Assembly: GCA_963693365.1 (NCBI GenBank)
Contig: CAVNZM010000003.1
Coordinates: 11,257,651-11,321,650, forward strand
Source of the DNA: Amoebidium appalachense
Taxonomy: Eukaryota; Protista; Ichthyosporea
Reading direction: 5' to 3'
Length of the DNA: 64,000 nucleotides
Part shown: one piece after another, positions 33,197 to 46,724 of the stretch
Layout: every line of letters begins with the position of its first letter
How positions within the stretch are numbered: the stretch's first letter is position 1
Position numbers and translations under genes: made by a program
Notes under the pieces: generated by a model
The model's database searches: none
Told to the model about the DNA's origin: nothing
What the model saw: only the letters and a program-made list of their open reading frames with translations

Positions 33197-33231
<35 letters not shown>

Positions 33232-34076
33232 GGGGGGGGGAGAGCGTTCGTGTGTGTCGGGGGAGAGAGAGTGTTTTTTTCTTTTTGGGGGGGGGGGGGG
33301 GGGGGGGGAGTGTGTATGTGTGTGTCGGCGGGAGAGGGGGGGGGGGGGGGAGGGGGAGGGGGGGGGGGGGGGGGTGAGATGAAGGGGAAAGAGAACATGG
33401 AAACAGATGAAGAGAGATGGAGATAGAGAGGTTGCTGTGAGACAGGGATGTGGGAACATCAGGGTAAGTCCGTGTGTAGGTGCGTGTGTTTGCGCCTTTC
33501 TTTCTTTCTGTACTTCTTTTTATTTTTCTAGGAGGGGAAGGGGGGAGGCAGGGAGATCGAGAGCAGCACATGAAAGCTTCCAATAATACCGGTGTGTGCA
33601 GAAGGGAGATGTGTGGGTGGGTGGGAAGAGGTGGAAGGAGAGGGAAGGATGAGGGGAGAGGGGATTGGAAGGGGGGGGGGGGGGGGGGGGGGGTTGACAG
33701 GTACACAGTAAACAGCCCTACAGGAAGCAAATCCACAAGAGACAAAGAGGGGTTGGTAAAAATAGAGAATTGAGGGTGCCAGTGGCGGGGGACGGAGACG
33801 GATGGGGGAGGGGGGGGGGGGGGGGGGGGGAGGGAGGGGATGCTTGTGTGTGTAGGGGGACGGGGGGGGGGGGGAGGGGGGAGGAGGAGGGGGGGTAGAT
33901 AGTCTTGGTGCACGAACGGGGGGGGGATATTTAGGGGGCGGGGGGGGGGGGGGGGGGGGGGGGGGAGGAGGAGGCACAGCCAAACAAAAGTAAACATATA
34001 AAAGGAAGAGGGGGGGAGGGGGGAGGGGGGGGGGGGAGTGACAAAACACAACACCACTCAATTAACGAGGAAGCCC

Positions 34077-34154
<78 letters not shown>

Positions 34155-35548
34155 CGCACGCACACACCCACACGCGCGCGCACACACACACGCACAAAAA
34201 AAAAAAAAAAAAAAAAAAAAGGGAAAAACAAAACAAAAAGAAAGAAAAAACCACCTCAGCTGCACCTCCTCCTCCTCAGTCAGCAACAGCTCCTTGGACA
34301 TCCTCCCCACCAGATCATCCAAGTACCGATTATTATTACTATTGGTATTTCTATTAATATTGATATTGTTATTATTTTTGTTACTTTCATTATTAACATT
34401 AGTCCGCATATGTACACCCACCCTCTCTTCGTTACCCAGCACACTCCACCCTACAACCGCCTCTTGCGTTTGTTCGTGTGTTTGCGTGTGCGCGTGCCCG
34501 TGCCCGTGTGTGTCTGTGCGTTCGGAGGGAGGAGATGTGTGCGTGTGCCTGTGTGTGTTGTTGATGTGTGTGTCTGGATGTGCGGTGGCGGGAGAAGAAG
34601 AGGGTGACGACAGGTGGGTGAACGGTTGCGCGTGCGCGAACTGGGGGTGGCAGAATTGCGTATTTTCCGTATTCATATTCACATTCGTATTTGCGGCTGT
34701 GTTCCCATGTGGGCTAGAGTATTGGTTTTCGTGTTCGTGTTCGTGTTGGTTGTGGTGCAACAACGACGCGTCGTGTGTCGAAAACGAATGCGGTAGGTTG
34801 TTCTGACTCGTGTGGTACGGGTGCGTAGGTTGGTTAAAGGAGGAGGGCCTAACCCTCTCTTCATCCTCCGACAAAATGGTCGGGTCGCCGCTCTCTCGAA
34901 AATGGCGACATTTTCGCAGATGCGTCTTGCAAATTTTCCTCGTGTTCACTATGCGCAAGTGTTGGTACGCGTGAGGGTAACCTAGTGCGTCAATACAGAA
35001 ACGACACACAGCCCATTTGTTGCTCTTGTTTGCGAGTTCGTCCAAAATAAGAAAGTGGTGGGAGAGGGAGTGCGCACGGCGGCCTCGGCAGGGAATGAGC
35101 CCCTCTTCACTTGTAAGGACGGACGGGTCTCCGTGCTGTAAAAGTCCGTGTGTAGATGTGTTTGTGTGTGGGGGGGGGGGGGGGGGGGGGGGAAGGGGGA
35201 GAGGGTGAGGTGAGGGAAGGATGTGGGGGCCGGGAGGAGGGGGGGGGGGGGGGATGAGTGTGTGTGTGTGTATGTGGGGGGGGGGGGGGGGGGAGTGCTG
35301 TATGTGTGTGGGGGAGGGGGGAAGGGGGGGGGGGGGGGGGGGGAGGGGGGGGGGGGGGAGTGTGACGTGTGTGTCCGTGTGTGTGTGCGTGCGAGTGTCA
35401 AGTGGTGGAGAGCGGGTGGGAGGAGAGAGGAGGGGGAGGAGGGGATTAAATGTGTGAGTGTGGGTGTGTGCGCACAATGGATATTTAGAAGAGCAGGCGT
35501 AGTGGTGGTGGTGCCTGTCGGGTGGGGGTTTGTATGCATCTGTGGGGA

Positions 35549-35588
<40 letters not shown>

Positions 35589-37008
35589 TCAACTTGCAAG
35601 ATAACAAAAAGCGAGGGACGGAACAGCAGGGAAGGGGTGGGGGGGGCAAGGGGGGGGAGGAGGGGGGATGAGGAGGTGGGGTTGGGGCGGTGTGTGTGTG
35701 GAGCCGGGGAGGGCGAGGGGCGGGCAGGGGCGGGAGAGGGGAGGGGGAGGGGGGGAGGAGGACATAAAGAGATTCAAAGGAGTGCAAAACCATCCCGATA
35801 GAGCAAAATCGGACATATGTGAATGTGTGTTTGTGTGTGAGGTATGTCTGCTACCCTCTTTACTGCCTTGGTTCTTCTTGGGAGAAGGAGGAGAAAGCCG
35901 AGGGCAGGAGGGGTGGTGGGAGGAGGGGGAGGGGGGAGGAGAGGGGGGAGGGCAGGGATATTTGCGGAAGAGAAAAACGGCAGCGAGCAACCAGCAGGTA
36001 TGGGTTGACTAGCGATGGGCACTCAGAAAAGGGTGAGGGATAACAAAAAACGACCCCGTTTCCCAACTCCCCGAATCTAAATCCTTCAAAGGTTTCCCTC
36101 TCATCCCTCCCCTCCCCCCCCCCCCCCCCCCCCCCCCCAAGGCCCCCCCACCCCACCCTCCCCCCTCCCCGTCTCAATTTCTCTCTCCAACCCCATCCCT
36201 AAGCCTCCACGAATGGCTCACATGCACAAACCACCTTAGGGATACAGAGGGCCACAGTCGTCAGTATAATCATACCCATTCAATCCCCAGCCCGCCCCCT
36301 TCGCTCACCAAACTCCATATTTCCTGCCACATGCACTTGCAAGGACACACACGAACGTGAGCTAGAACAACCACTAATAACTCATCCACCCATATACCCA
36401 CTCCAGCCTCCTCCCCAAACACACCATGCACAACACCCACCCACCAACCCACACCAACCTCACACACCACGCAAAAAAGCATCCATCCACGCATCCGCCC
36501 TCTCTTCCAAGAGAACACACACATGGACGCACAAAAAAAAACGCTGTGGCGCCAACATGCACACACACACACACATACAGGCACCCACACTCTCGTTGCC
36601 CCTCAGCGCTCCACCCCCAACAAACACAAGCACACACACCTGCCGAAAGTAGATGCACTTCCTAAGGTGGTTTCTGCACAGTTTCTTGGTGTTCACAATC
36701 CTCCCTTGCTCAAGAGCAGCCGCATAACCCAGCGCATCCGTGCAATAACGACACACAGCAAACTTGTTGCTCTTGTTAGCAAATTCGTTGAGGATGATGA
36801 AATGGCATGCAAGTGAATGTGGTTTCCTTCCTCTCCCTCCAGAAAAGGTCATGGGAGGTATGGGTTGGAGGGAGGCGTCATCCGTTGCGGAGAGGGAAAG
36901 TGATAAGTGATGATCTATGTCTTGTGTGGTGGTGTGTTGGATGTCATGTTGAATGGTGTCATGTGTCAGCGCCTCCAGAGCAACCTGGTCGTCTGCTTCG
37001 GCACGCAT
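32824..37008 (-). CDS. ~501-aa protein with two tandem BED-like zinc fingers, a His/Asn/Thr-rich linker and a helical C-terminus; probable DNA-binding protein
   Basis: Exons 37008-36640, 35135-34255, 33079-32824 (1506 nt, in phase). Repeat 1: GRKPHSLACHFIILNEFANKSNKFAVCRYC...NTKKLCRNHLRKCIYFRQHGDP. Repeat 2: GRRAHSLSHHFLILDELANKSNKWAVCRFC...NTRKICKTHLRKCRHFRESGDP. Both show CxxC...HxxxC spacing, and the splice restores the GDP motif seen in repeat 2. Confidence 0.8.
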
Positions 37009-38755
37009 TTTCGATGGATTGATTCAGACTCCTAAATAAGGGAGATACTTCAGGTAAACTACGTGGTTATGACATATCCTCGTGTGGTTCCATTCAAGTT
37101 CAGTATTCTCAAACTGGGTCGTTTCTCGCTGAATGTAACGTTTTTCTGGCATGACGCCGGCTGGCAGCAAGCCCCCTAGATCAAACAGGCGGAGTATGGG
37201 GAGGCTCCCCCAGGGGAGCCTCGTGCATCGATATCCTCTTTTCCTCCCGACGGCACAGATGTTTGGGGGCCCCATGATAACACGCCTACATAAAGGTGCG
37301 CCTAGAAAGCTAAACACCAAAGTGCTTCACACACGCAACTTTTTTGAAATTTTGCTACAATTTCTACGTTCACCTACATAACATTTGTCTACCCTACAGG
37401 ACCTTAGGTGTTATGTATGTATGATACTGTACTCGGATCTTTTTAGGAATGTATGTGCGCGAAGTAAAACAAGTGTTGATTGGTTAAATAGATTCTCCCT
37501 ACGCCGTCGTGGAGGGGGCGTTTTCGTGAATTTGAGTCTTATGTTTCTTGTTTCAGCTATATAAAGTAATAAGGAGACCCATTTTCGTTGTGTTATGCTA
37601 CAAAACGCACTATAAGGTATTACATTATGTTTATCACATTTTTATAGCCACATAGTGATCTCCAATCAAGCCTTTTATTTCACCTTAATATTAGGCTGCC
37701 AATATTTTGCGGTGGAGTTCTATAGCTTCTCAAACCGAGTGATCACGTGCCGCCACAGTGACCACAGGGCCGTCATAGGCTGGCAGTGCACTCAAGTGAA
37801 GGAAGAAAACTTTTGTGTCAAACGATACGCGCGAGTCTTACCCATTTCTCTCACCATACTGAGTAGATTTTGTGAACAGGTAACATGCATCTTTAGTTGA
37901 TCACGCCACGCCCACGCTTCAACCAACCATCCTAAACCTGCCCACCTCACAGAGCAAACGCCCACTTCTGATTCACCCTCCTTCCCTCCTCCCCTCCCCT
38001 CCCACCTCCTCTTATTTCCTCCCTCGTCTCCCCTCCCTACTCCCCCCTCACCTTCTCCCCCCCCTCCGCCTCACACACACACACACACACACACACCATT
38101 CCCTACGTTGCCGCCCGTTTAGCCCCATAGTACGTGGCATTTACCTCTCACCCTTGGTCTCTCTTCCGCATGGCTCCCCTTCCCCTCGGTTTTTCTAACA
38201 ATGTTATTCGTTGTCTTCCTTCCGGATTACCCCACTTCCCTTTCTCTTTTCTTTTCAGGTTCTGGTCTCCGTCGTCGCCGCTTCGAGCCTCCTCCCCCAC
38301 TTGCGTGCATGCACGCAGGCACACACAGGCACACACGCATGCACACGCATACACACGTGCGTACTCGCGAACATACATGCACACACACACACATGCACGC
38401 ACACGTGTACGCTTGCGCAAATAATCACACACACAATCGCAAATTGCACGGGCATACACGCCCAGGCATATGTGCACACAAACGCGCATACGGCCACAAA
38501 CACAAACACGAAACACACACAAGCACACCACACGCCCATACCTACACGCGCAAACATGAACATCCACATGAACATCCACATCCACATGCACACACACACA
38601 CACACACCGTCAACCCCCCCCCCCCCCTCCCTCCTCCCCCTCCCCCTCTCCCCCCTTTTCCCCCCTTCCCTCCTTCCCCCTCCTCCCAACCACCACCACC
38701 ACCACCACCACACCCCTTCCTACCCCTCTCACATCTTTTTCTCCCCAGAACAATT

Positions 38756-39814
38756 ATGTCTGATCAGCCAGCCCGTCCCAGGCCCCGTGGCCTTAAGCGC
38801 AGTGCAAAGGGTAGGCACCGACCCCCCCCCCCCCCCCCCCCCTCCCCCCTCTCTCCCCCCACTCCCTCCCCGCTGACAAAATAAGAAATCATGAGTCTCC
38901 CATTTACTCCAACCTTTCAAGAGAAGAAAAAAGACAGGATGCAGACAACATAACTACTTGTTAGGTAGATGCTCCGGCTGGGCCGAAAGGGCCCGAAACT
39001 CAGCTAGTCATGCAGTCGTTTCAATACTAAATTACGGGGGGATTACTGGAGAACAATCGAAAGGTTCACTTCATTCACCTTGAACTTCATCCACCTGACA
39101 AGCACCCCCCCCCCCCCCCCCCCTCCATCCCCCCGTCTCCCCCCAGCAAGCACACACCACCACCATCACCGTCTCACCTCTACCACCCCCCCCCCCCCCC
39201 CCCCCCCCTCTGCCAACCCCACTTGTCCCACCCGTCCACTACCTTCCCGCTTCTCCTTACAAACCTTTCATTAGTGAATCCCCCCCCCCCCCCCCCCCCC
39301 CCCCCGGCCCCCTCACACACACACACACACACACGCACACACACACACCACCACCACCAACATAGTCCATTTTATTACCATATACTCCCCACTCATCACG
39401 ACTAACCAGCATCCCATCTTCACCCTTCATTCCTGTTTCCACACACAGCGGAACCTGAGGAGGAGGTAAAACCTACAAAAAGCGCACGTGTGGAACATGA
39501 GACTGGGGAGGGGCCCATCCACACGGAGGCGCTTGCTTTGCCGGAGGAGGTACAGGGGGAAGAAGATGACGAGAGGGACGTGTTTACTCTCTATGCTAGC
39601 GGGCTTACACAGGCAGGTGGGTGGTTTTTGATTTTAGGTTTTTTTTTTTTTTGTTTTTTCCTTTTCTTTTCTTCATTTTTTTGATTCCCCCCCCCCCCCC
39701 CCGCCCGTCTTCTCCTCTTTTTTTTTGTTTGGGGTGAGGGGGAAGGGGGGGGGAGGGCGGGGGGAGGAAAGTGGGAGAGGAGGAGGACCTTTTTTTGGGG
39801 GGGGGGGGGGGGGG

Positions 39815-39846
<32 letters not shown>

Positions 39847-40505
39847 TATGGTTGTGTTGTTTTGTGTCCAGGATGGATTTATTATGGACAGACGATCGTT
39901 TGTGGGAGCTTTACACTTTATCATATGTTTATTCGAGTACCGTTATTGTGACTGTCATTGTCCAATCTGTAATTATTACTTGTTATTAGTATTCGTATGA
40001 TTTTATATTATCTCTTTTCTTTTTCTTTTTCTTTCTTTCTTTTCTTTTTTTTTGGGGGGAGGGGGGGGACGGGGGGGGCACACACACACACGCACACGCA
40101 CGTACACACACACACACACATACACACACAACAAAACCACAATCACACCACCACCACCACCACCACTGCGCCATTCCACACACGAGAAAAAAAAAAACAA
40201 AGAAGAAGAAGAAGAAAAGAGAAAAAAAAAGTGAGTGCCACCAACGAGAAAGAATACACATCTTTTAGCAGAGCTGCCCTAAAGCCAAGCGAACAAGCCA
40301 GCAAGCAGACAAGCAGAAAAACTAGCAAACGCATTAATGACATATTTCAACGCAAGAATAACTTCACATGTTGACCAATCAAAACACAGCCAAGGGTAAC
40401 GATGAGGTAGCACGCAAGTTCCTTGAAGGGGTGGTGCATGAACTCATGTCTGAGCTGGAAAGAAACGAAACCCTGCCGAACGTGAGTGTAAACCTTTCTC
40501 CCCCC

Positions 40506-40536
<31 letters not shown>

Positions 40537-40799
40537 AAAAAAAAAAAACCGCGTGCACCTCCCCCCCCCCCCCCCCCCTACCCCCTTCCCTAACCCCCCC
40601 CCCCCCCTTCCCCTCCCCCTGTCCCCGCGGCCCCTCTCCGCCCCTGTGTCTGTGGCCTGAAAGGTTGGCTTTTTTATCCTTTCTCTCCATGCTTTCTTTC
40701 ACACCTTATTCTCTATTCAGTGGTTTATTTGCGCCAGGTGGGTAGGCGCGAGAAGGGGGGAGGGGTGTGTGTGTGTGTGGTGGTGGTGGTGGTGGGGGT

Positions 40800-40833
<34 letters not shown>

Positions 40834-41241
40834 AGGTATTGGTGTGTGGGTGTGTGTGTGGGTGTTGTTGGGTGTGGGTGTGGATGTGTGTGGGTGTGTA
40901 TGGTTGTAAGATGGTGCGGAAGATAGAAGGGAGAGGGGGGCTCTTTGTGATACATTTTTATAGGGTTATATTCCAGGGCAAGAATGGCCTCCTTCGTGTT
41001 GGGAAGCAGGAATTGGTTATGTGGGAGGGTGTGTGTGTTCCCCCTCCCCTTTTTTTTTCCTCTTTTTTTTTTTCTTTTCTTTTTTTCTTTTTTTTCTTTT
41101 CTTTTTTTTTGGGGGGGGGGCTGCTCACCATGCACATCCCATACCAACCTTCTCTTTCATTGACCTGAAATGTACTCCTTCGGCCGCCTTGCCCTCCCTC
41201 CCCCTTCCCCTCCCCCCCCCCCCCCCCCCCTCCCCCCCCCC

Positions 41242-41272
<31 letters not shown>

Positions 41273-41318
41273 CCAGCCCCCCACCAACAGAAAAGAGAAG
41301 GGTCGGAGAGGGGACGAG

Positions 41319-41352
<34 letters not shown>

Positions 41353-42479
41353 TCATACAGATAGCTTTTAGCCCAACAACCTTGAAACGGACTTAACTGG
41401 AGTCTCATTTGAGTGTAGGTTTGTTATTTTTAACATAACTTATGTTTCCTTTTTTGGACAGGATCGGCTGCAGCTATTGGGCAACACATGGGTGCAGATC
41501 GGCCATCTGATTGGTGACTGGGAGCACGTGGCACGGGGAGTGGCCCACTTAAAGGAGGCTTTGGAATCGGATACCGGGTCGGGTCAGGAATCGAAAGATA
41601 GCGACCCGGAAACAAGCAGGGAGGGGATTAGACAGAGGCTGATGATGGATTGTGCCGTGGCTACGTTGGGAATGGTGGGTGGAGTGTGTGTGTGTGTGTG
41701 GAGGGGGGGGGGGGGGGGGGGGGGGGTTGTGTGTGTAGCGACGGCGGCCGCGGTCAGGGGAGGGGGGGGGGGGGAGAACGGAGGCTGGCGACAGGGGAGG
41801 GGGGGGGGGGGGGGGGGGGTTGTATGCGTGTGTGTGTGGGTGTGTGCGTGTGTGTCTGTGTCTGTGTGTGTATCTGTGTGTGTCCGTGTGTGTGCATATC
41901 TGTGCGTGGGGCTGTGGTTCTTATCATTTCCATATACGGTGTTGAATAGTTAGCTCTGCGTGATCCGATTTGCCATATAGTTATACCGTGCCAACCAATT
42001 ACTCCAATCCTCCCCCCCCCCCCCCCCCCCCCCCACATATATATACACACACACACATATTTCTCTCTCCTTTTTTTTTCTTGCTTTCCCCTCTTTTCCC
42101 TGTTTCTTTCTTTCTATATCTTTGTTTCCTTCCTACTTCTTCCTTCCTTTATATATTTATTCATGTATTTGTTAGGTGATGTATACTTTTTACTTGTTTG
42201 TTTATAAATTTGTTTGTTTAACTTATTTATATTTCAATTCATTCATTCATTAAATTTATTTATTTATCTAATGTTTTGTTTATATACCACCATCCCCCCC
42301 CCCCCTTTCCCCCGTTTGCAGTACCGGCTCCGACGCCAACCGCGCCCAGATCACGATAATGAGGATGAGCCAAGCATGGAAGTTGAGTCAGAGGAGACAG
42401 AGGCAGTGACTGGGGCAGAGAGGTGGATCGAAGTTGCCTTGAAACTGAATTGCTCTGCTGACCAAGTATTTTTGCCCCT

Positions 42480-42513
<34 letters not shown>

Positions 42514-42758
42514 CCACACACACACACACCCAAGAGCACCAATATCCCCTTCAACCCGACTTGCCCCCTCCCCCCCCCCCCCCCCCCCCCCCCCCCTCCT
42601 TCTTTCCCTGAGGATAGGCTGTGGTTGTTATGCATACTCTTTGTGGTTTGTAGTCTGCATGTGTCCGCTATGAACGTGTGCTAGTACTCCATAACACATC
42701 CTAGCCCTCCCCCCCTCCCCCCCCCCCCCCCCAAACGCCTCCTTTCCGTCTTCCGTCT

Positions 42759-42790
<32 letters not shown>

Positions 42791-43383
42791 CGGGTCCGGT
42801 CCCTTTTTCTCTCCGCCCTTTGTCATTATTTTAACACACACGCTCACCTAACCAAGAAACATGTGCTCCTTATCACAACTTCGGGCGCACCTGCATGCAC
42901 ACATTCAGACTCGTGCACGCACGCACGCACACACACACACACACACACTTTGTGGCACACACATGCACGTGAACATGCACAGCATGCAAGCGGCCCCTTG
43001 TACGCACACGTGCACACACACACACACACAAAAAAAAAATACACACACCCCGATCCTGATTGGATAAAAATCAGGAGGCACGTCAATCCCTATTGGCCGA
43101 GGCAGCATCCAGCATGCACCAGTACGCCCAGACCCTCCCCCCGGCCCAGCTCAGACACTATGCACAGTCGGCGGCAAAACTCTACAGGGACGCCTTAAAA
43201 AGTAATCATCGTATGCCTTAGGGGCATTTTTTAAAACTATTAGTGTCATGAATGTCATATGGTGGGTACTCGTAGAAGAATAGAAGGTACCCTTCTTGTC
43301 TCTTCTTTGTTGTGCCGTACTTCTTTGCCTTCTTCTTTAGCTTAAGGTGGAGCGTGATGGGAGAGAGGGGAGGGGGAAGGGGG

Positions 43384-43418
<35 letters not shown>

Positions 43419-43621
43419 CTTGCAAATGGGGCGGGGGGAAAGGGGGATCTGATGTATTTTTGTCCATATCTTTCCTATTCAATCTGATAATTTCTCTAAA
43501 CTGCAGCGAAGGAAACTACGGAGGGTCAAGTGAGTCTCGGGCGGTGTCTGGTGGATGCGGCAGAGACGGTGAGGGATACACCGCAGGTGGAGGGGGAGAT
43601 GGTCACGGGCTTGCTGACTGA

Positions 43622-43718
<97 letters not shown>

Positions 43719-43729
43719 ATTTTTTTTTT

Positions 43730-43760
<31 letters not shown>

Positions 43761-44848
43761 GGGGGGGTCGCTTCATTCCTTTTCCCCACCTCTTTTTTTT
43801 CCTTCTTTTTTCCCTTTCCTTTTCTTTCCTTTTTTTCTTGTGTGAGAAGGTATGAAGAGAAAAGGGTGGGGGGGACGGGGAGGGAGGGTGAGAGGGATCG
43901 AGCGAGGGGGAAGTAGGTGGCTGGGGAGGGGGGAAAGAGAGAGAGAGATAGGGGGGGGGGGGGGGGAGGGAGAGAGAGAGAAAGAGGGAGGGGGGGAGGG
44001 AGGGAGAGCGAGAGGGAGGGAGGGAGGAAGTGTGGTATTGGGTGGGTGGGTAAGTGAATGGGCGGGGAGGAGGGGGGGGGGAGGGGGGGTAAAAGTAGGC
44101 ACATTCACCTGATTTTTCTAGCCATACTGACCAATTATACTGCAGCCCAGGATGTTTTGACAGCAGCAGTCTCCCAGCTAAGTGCTGATGACGACAATGA
44201 TGCTGAGACTCTGACGGACGTGCATAAGATGGTGGGTGTACGCTCTGCAGACTACATTATGAGCTTATCAAAGGGCATATTTGGTTGCCCCTTAGTGGGC
44301 AAAACCCAAGCAATACTCGCTTCTTCTTGTTTGGCCTTGTCCCCCCCCCCTCCCCCCCCCCCCTCCCCCCCCTCCACCCTTCTCTAACCCCTTTCTCCCC
44401 ATCCATCTCGTCATGTTTAAAGTTGGAGTAAATTTCGGTAAGTTTTTTTTCGGTACAGAGTCGGGTGTTGTAGAGGGCGGGTTGCATGATCTCTTTTCTT
44501 TCAGGCTGTTTCTTTATTCTACATCCTGTTGGTCTTGGTGTGCCCCCAGAAAGAAATTCTGGTTTGTCTCCCAGATGGGCTCTGCTTATTATGCATACTC
44601 TTTATGTATGGCTTGCATTCTGCATCGTGTTATCCGTTTGTTCTTGTGTACTTCGTACTTTTTGACGCATTCAAAACCCCCCCCCCCCCCCCCCCCCCCC
44701 CCCTCCCCCCCCCTTCCCCCTGCCTGCGAGAAAGAATACCAACGTCCCGTATTTTTGGACACACTCACACAAAACTCAAGTGTGTGGGTACTCTATTGAA
44801 CTGTAGAACTGACGTGGTCGTGCTTACAACACACACACACACACACAC

Positions 44849-44894
<46 letters not shown>

Positions 44895-45129
44895 GCTCTC
44901 CGAGGTGTTCATGCATCTGGGTGACGTCGTGGCTGTTGGGGAGGACGACGACGGCGACCAATCAGAAAGCAGTTCCTACTACCAGTCGGCATTTGACCAT
45001 ATTAGGAAAGCACGTGATTTGCGTCCGGATGTGGTACCTGAGGAGCTATTTGAAATGGTTAGGTCGGTGGCAGAGGGGGAAGAAGACTCAGAAGAGGAAG
45101 AGGGGGAAGAAGAGGGGGACGATGAATAG
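38756..45129 (+). CDS. ~411-aa helical-repeat protein, probable Ett1/Nro1 family (negative regulator of Ofd1 / enhancer of translation termination)
   Basis: Exons 38756-38810, 39449-39616, 40390-40481, 41462-41674, 42322-42465, 43075-43201, 43507-43623, 44146-44231, 44896-45129 (1236 nt, all phases fit). N-terminal RPRGLKRSAK plus KRAR, the segment FLEGVVHE and TPR-like helices recall fungal Ett1/Nro1; the tail is acidic. The gene model is solid; the family call rests on motif recall. Confidence 0.65.
38976..39008 (+). mobile_element. Probable 3' terminus of a non-autonomous Helitron in intron 1 of the Ett1-like gene
   Basis: GC hairpin GGGCC-GAAAG-GGCCC (38980-38994) followed 9 nt later by CTAG|T (39004-39008), the canonical Helitron 3' signature; 5' end uncertain. 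Confidence 0.5.
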
Positions 45130-46014
45130 GCACCACACGATCGCGAAGACTCACATGTCAGCAATCCCCCCCCCCCCCCCCCCCCCGGTCCCTTCCTTCA
45201 ATGAACTTTTCCCAAATGCATTCCTGTCTAGGCCCCTCTGCCCTGGGCCACCCCTCCACCCTTCGTTTTATATACATCGAATGGTCGGACTCTTATAAGG
45301 TTTTTTTCGAGCTCGGGAGGGTCTGATATTGAAAGGAAGGAATGTAATGGAACTAATTTGAGTAGGATCCTCCCACTGCATCGTTTGAGTTGCTTCAAGT
45401 ACCCTCGTGGTTCGCCCATGTATGTAATGCCTTTTGGGGGGGGGGGGGGGGGGGGGGGGGGGAGAACACACAGAAGGGGGGGGGGGGGGGGGGATAAACA
45501 TGAAACATGGATATCAGTAACGGATTGTTAGCCGATATGGCGGTTCTACAAAACGTTTTCTCACAATTTAGCAAACTGTTTCGATATCCCTAACCAAAGC
45601 CCGTGGGCAAGCATTTGCATGACATCAATATCTTACAGAAGCAGTGTGCATGTTCACATACGGAGCGTGTGCGTGCATGACTCGTTACCTGGTTCAGGCG
45701 CAGCATATGTCAAATATAAATAAGTACATGTGCGACTTTGTAAGTCAGCCACATGCACACGATAATAAATAAAGCCATGTTGTTCATTGTATCGATATAT
45801 CGCTGTACCCTGTAGTTAGAAGGTCTTCGAAGCACAGTGTGCCTTGTGATCATAGTCTTGTGGGACGTGTATGCCATGAAGGATGCATGATCTTCGGACG
45901 TACTCGAGGCTGGGCAAACATGCTTACGTTCGCTTTCACATACACTGTGAGAGTTGGCAGTGGAGCTCGAGAATGCAGGTGGCGTGAGGAGCTTCGGAAG
46001 AGGAGCAGCAGCAG

Positions 46015-46054
<40 letters not shown>

Positions 46055-46651
46055 TGCAAGGCCTCCTTATCTATCCGGGCCTGGAAGCTGGTACGTCACG
46101 ATCTGAAGCTGAATTCCGGGCCAGCCTGACCCGAAATGATCACCCATTCAAGCCTGTGAATTCCGAAAAAAAATGAGAGGTCTGTTCCGAAAATAGTAAC
46201 AGGCTGGTTTTGGCGGGCAAATTGGCCAATCGCGTCGTTGGTAGCTGACAGTTGTTTACGTTTTCGGAACGGTTTTCCGACGTTTTTTGAGCCAGAACTT
46301 GTGTTGTTTCAAGCCGAGGATGAACAGAGCTGCCAACAACCTTGGCTCCCAACTGTGTTAGGCCACGTTTTCAGAAAAAAAATTTGTTACAAAATAGTAA
46401 TAGTAGTAGTGTGTATGGCTGCCCTGAGTCGAACTGCGCAACTTCGCCTTCGGGCAGGAAAGGCACTGTTGCCGGTATATCATAGCCCAAGTATGATTCT
46501 AAGCAACCACGTGCAAAATGGGTGGCGGATTTTATATACCCTAAACTAAGTTGTTTTGCATGAAGAAAACCGACTCACGGAGAGTGGGGGGAGGGGGGGG
46601 GGGGAGAGGGGGAGGGGGGTAGCGGGAAGCAACTCAAACCCACTGGTGTTC

Positions 46652-46724
<73 letters not shown>

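Noticed and set aside
36270-36323. Possible extra exon (CAG|GAAATATGGAGTTTG|GTGAG) in the zinc-finger gene
   Set aside because: Direct splicing 36640->35135 restores the FRxxGDP motif seen in repeat 2, so the extra exon is unnecessary.
46121-46207. 8-bp inverted repeat CCAGCCTG...CAGGCTGG (possible MITE)
   Set aside because: Too short, no target-site duplication, and no second copy in the window.
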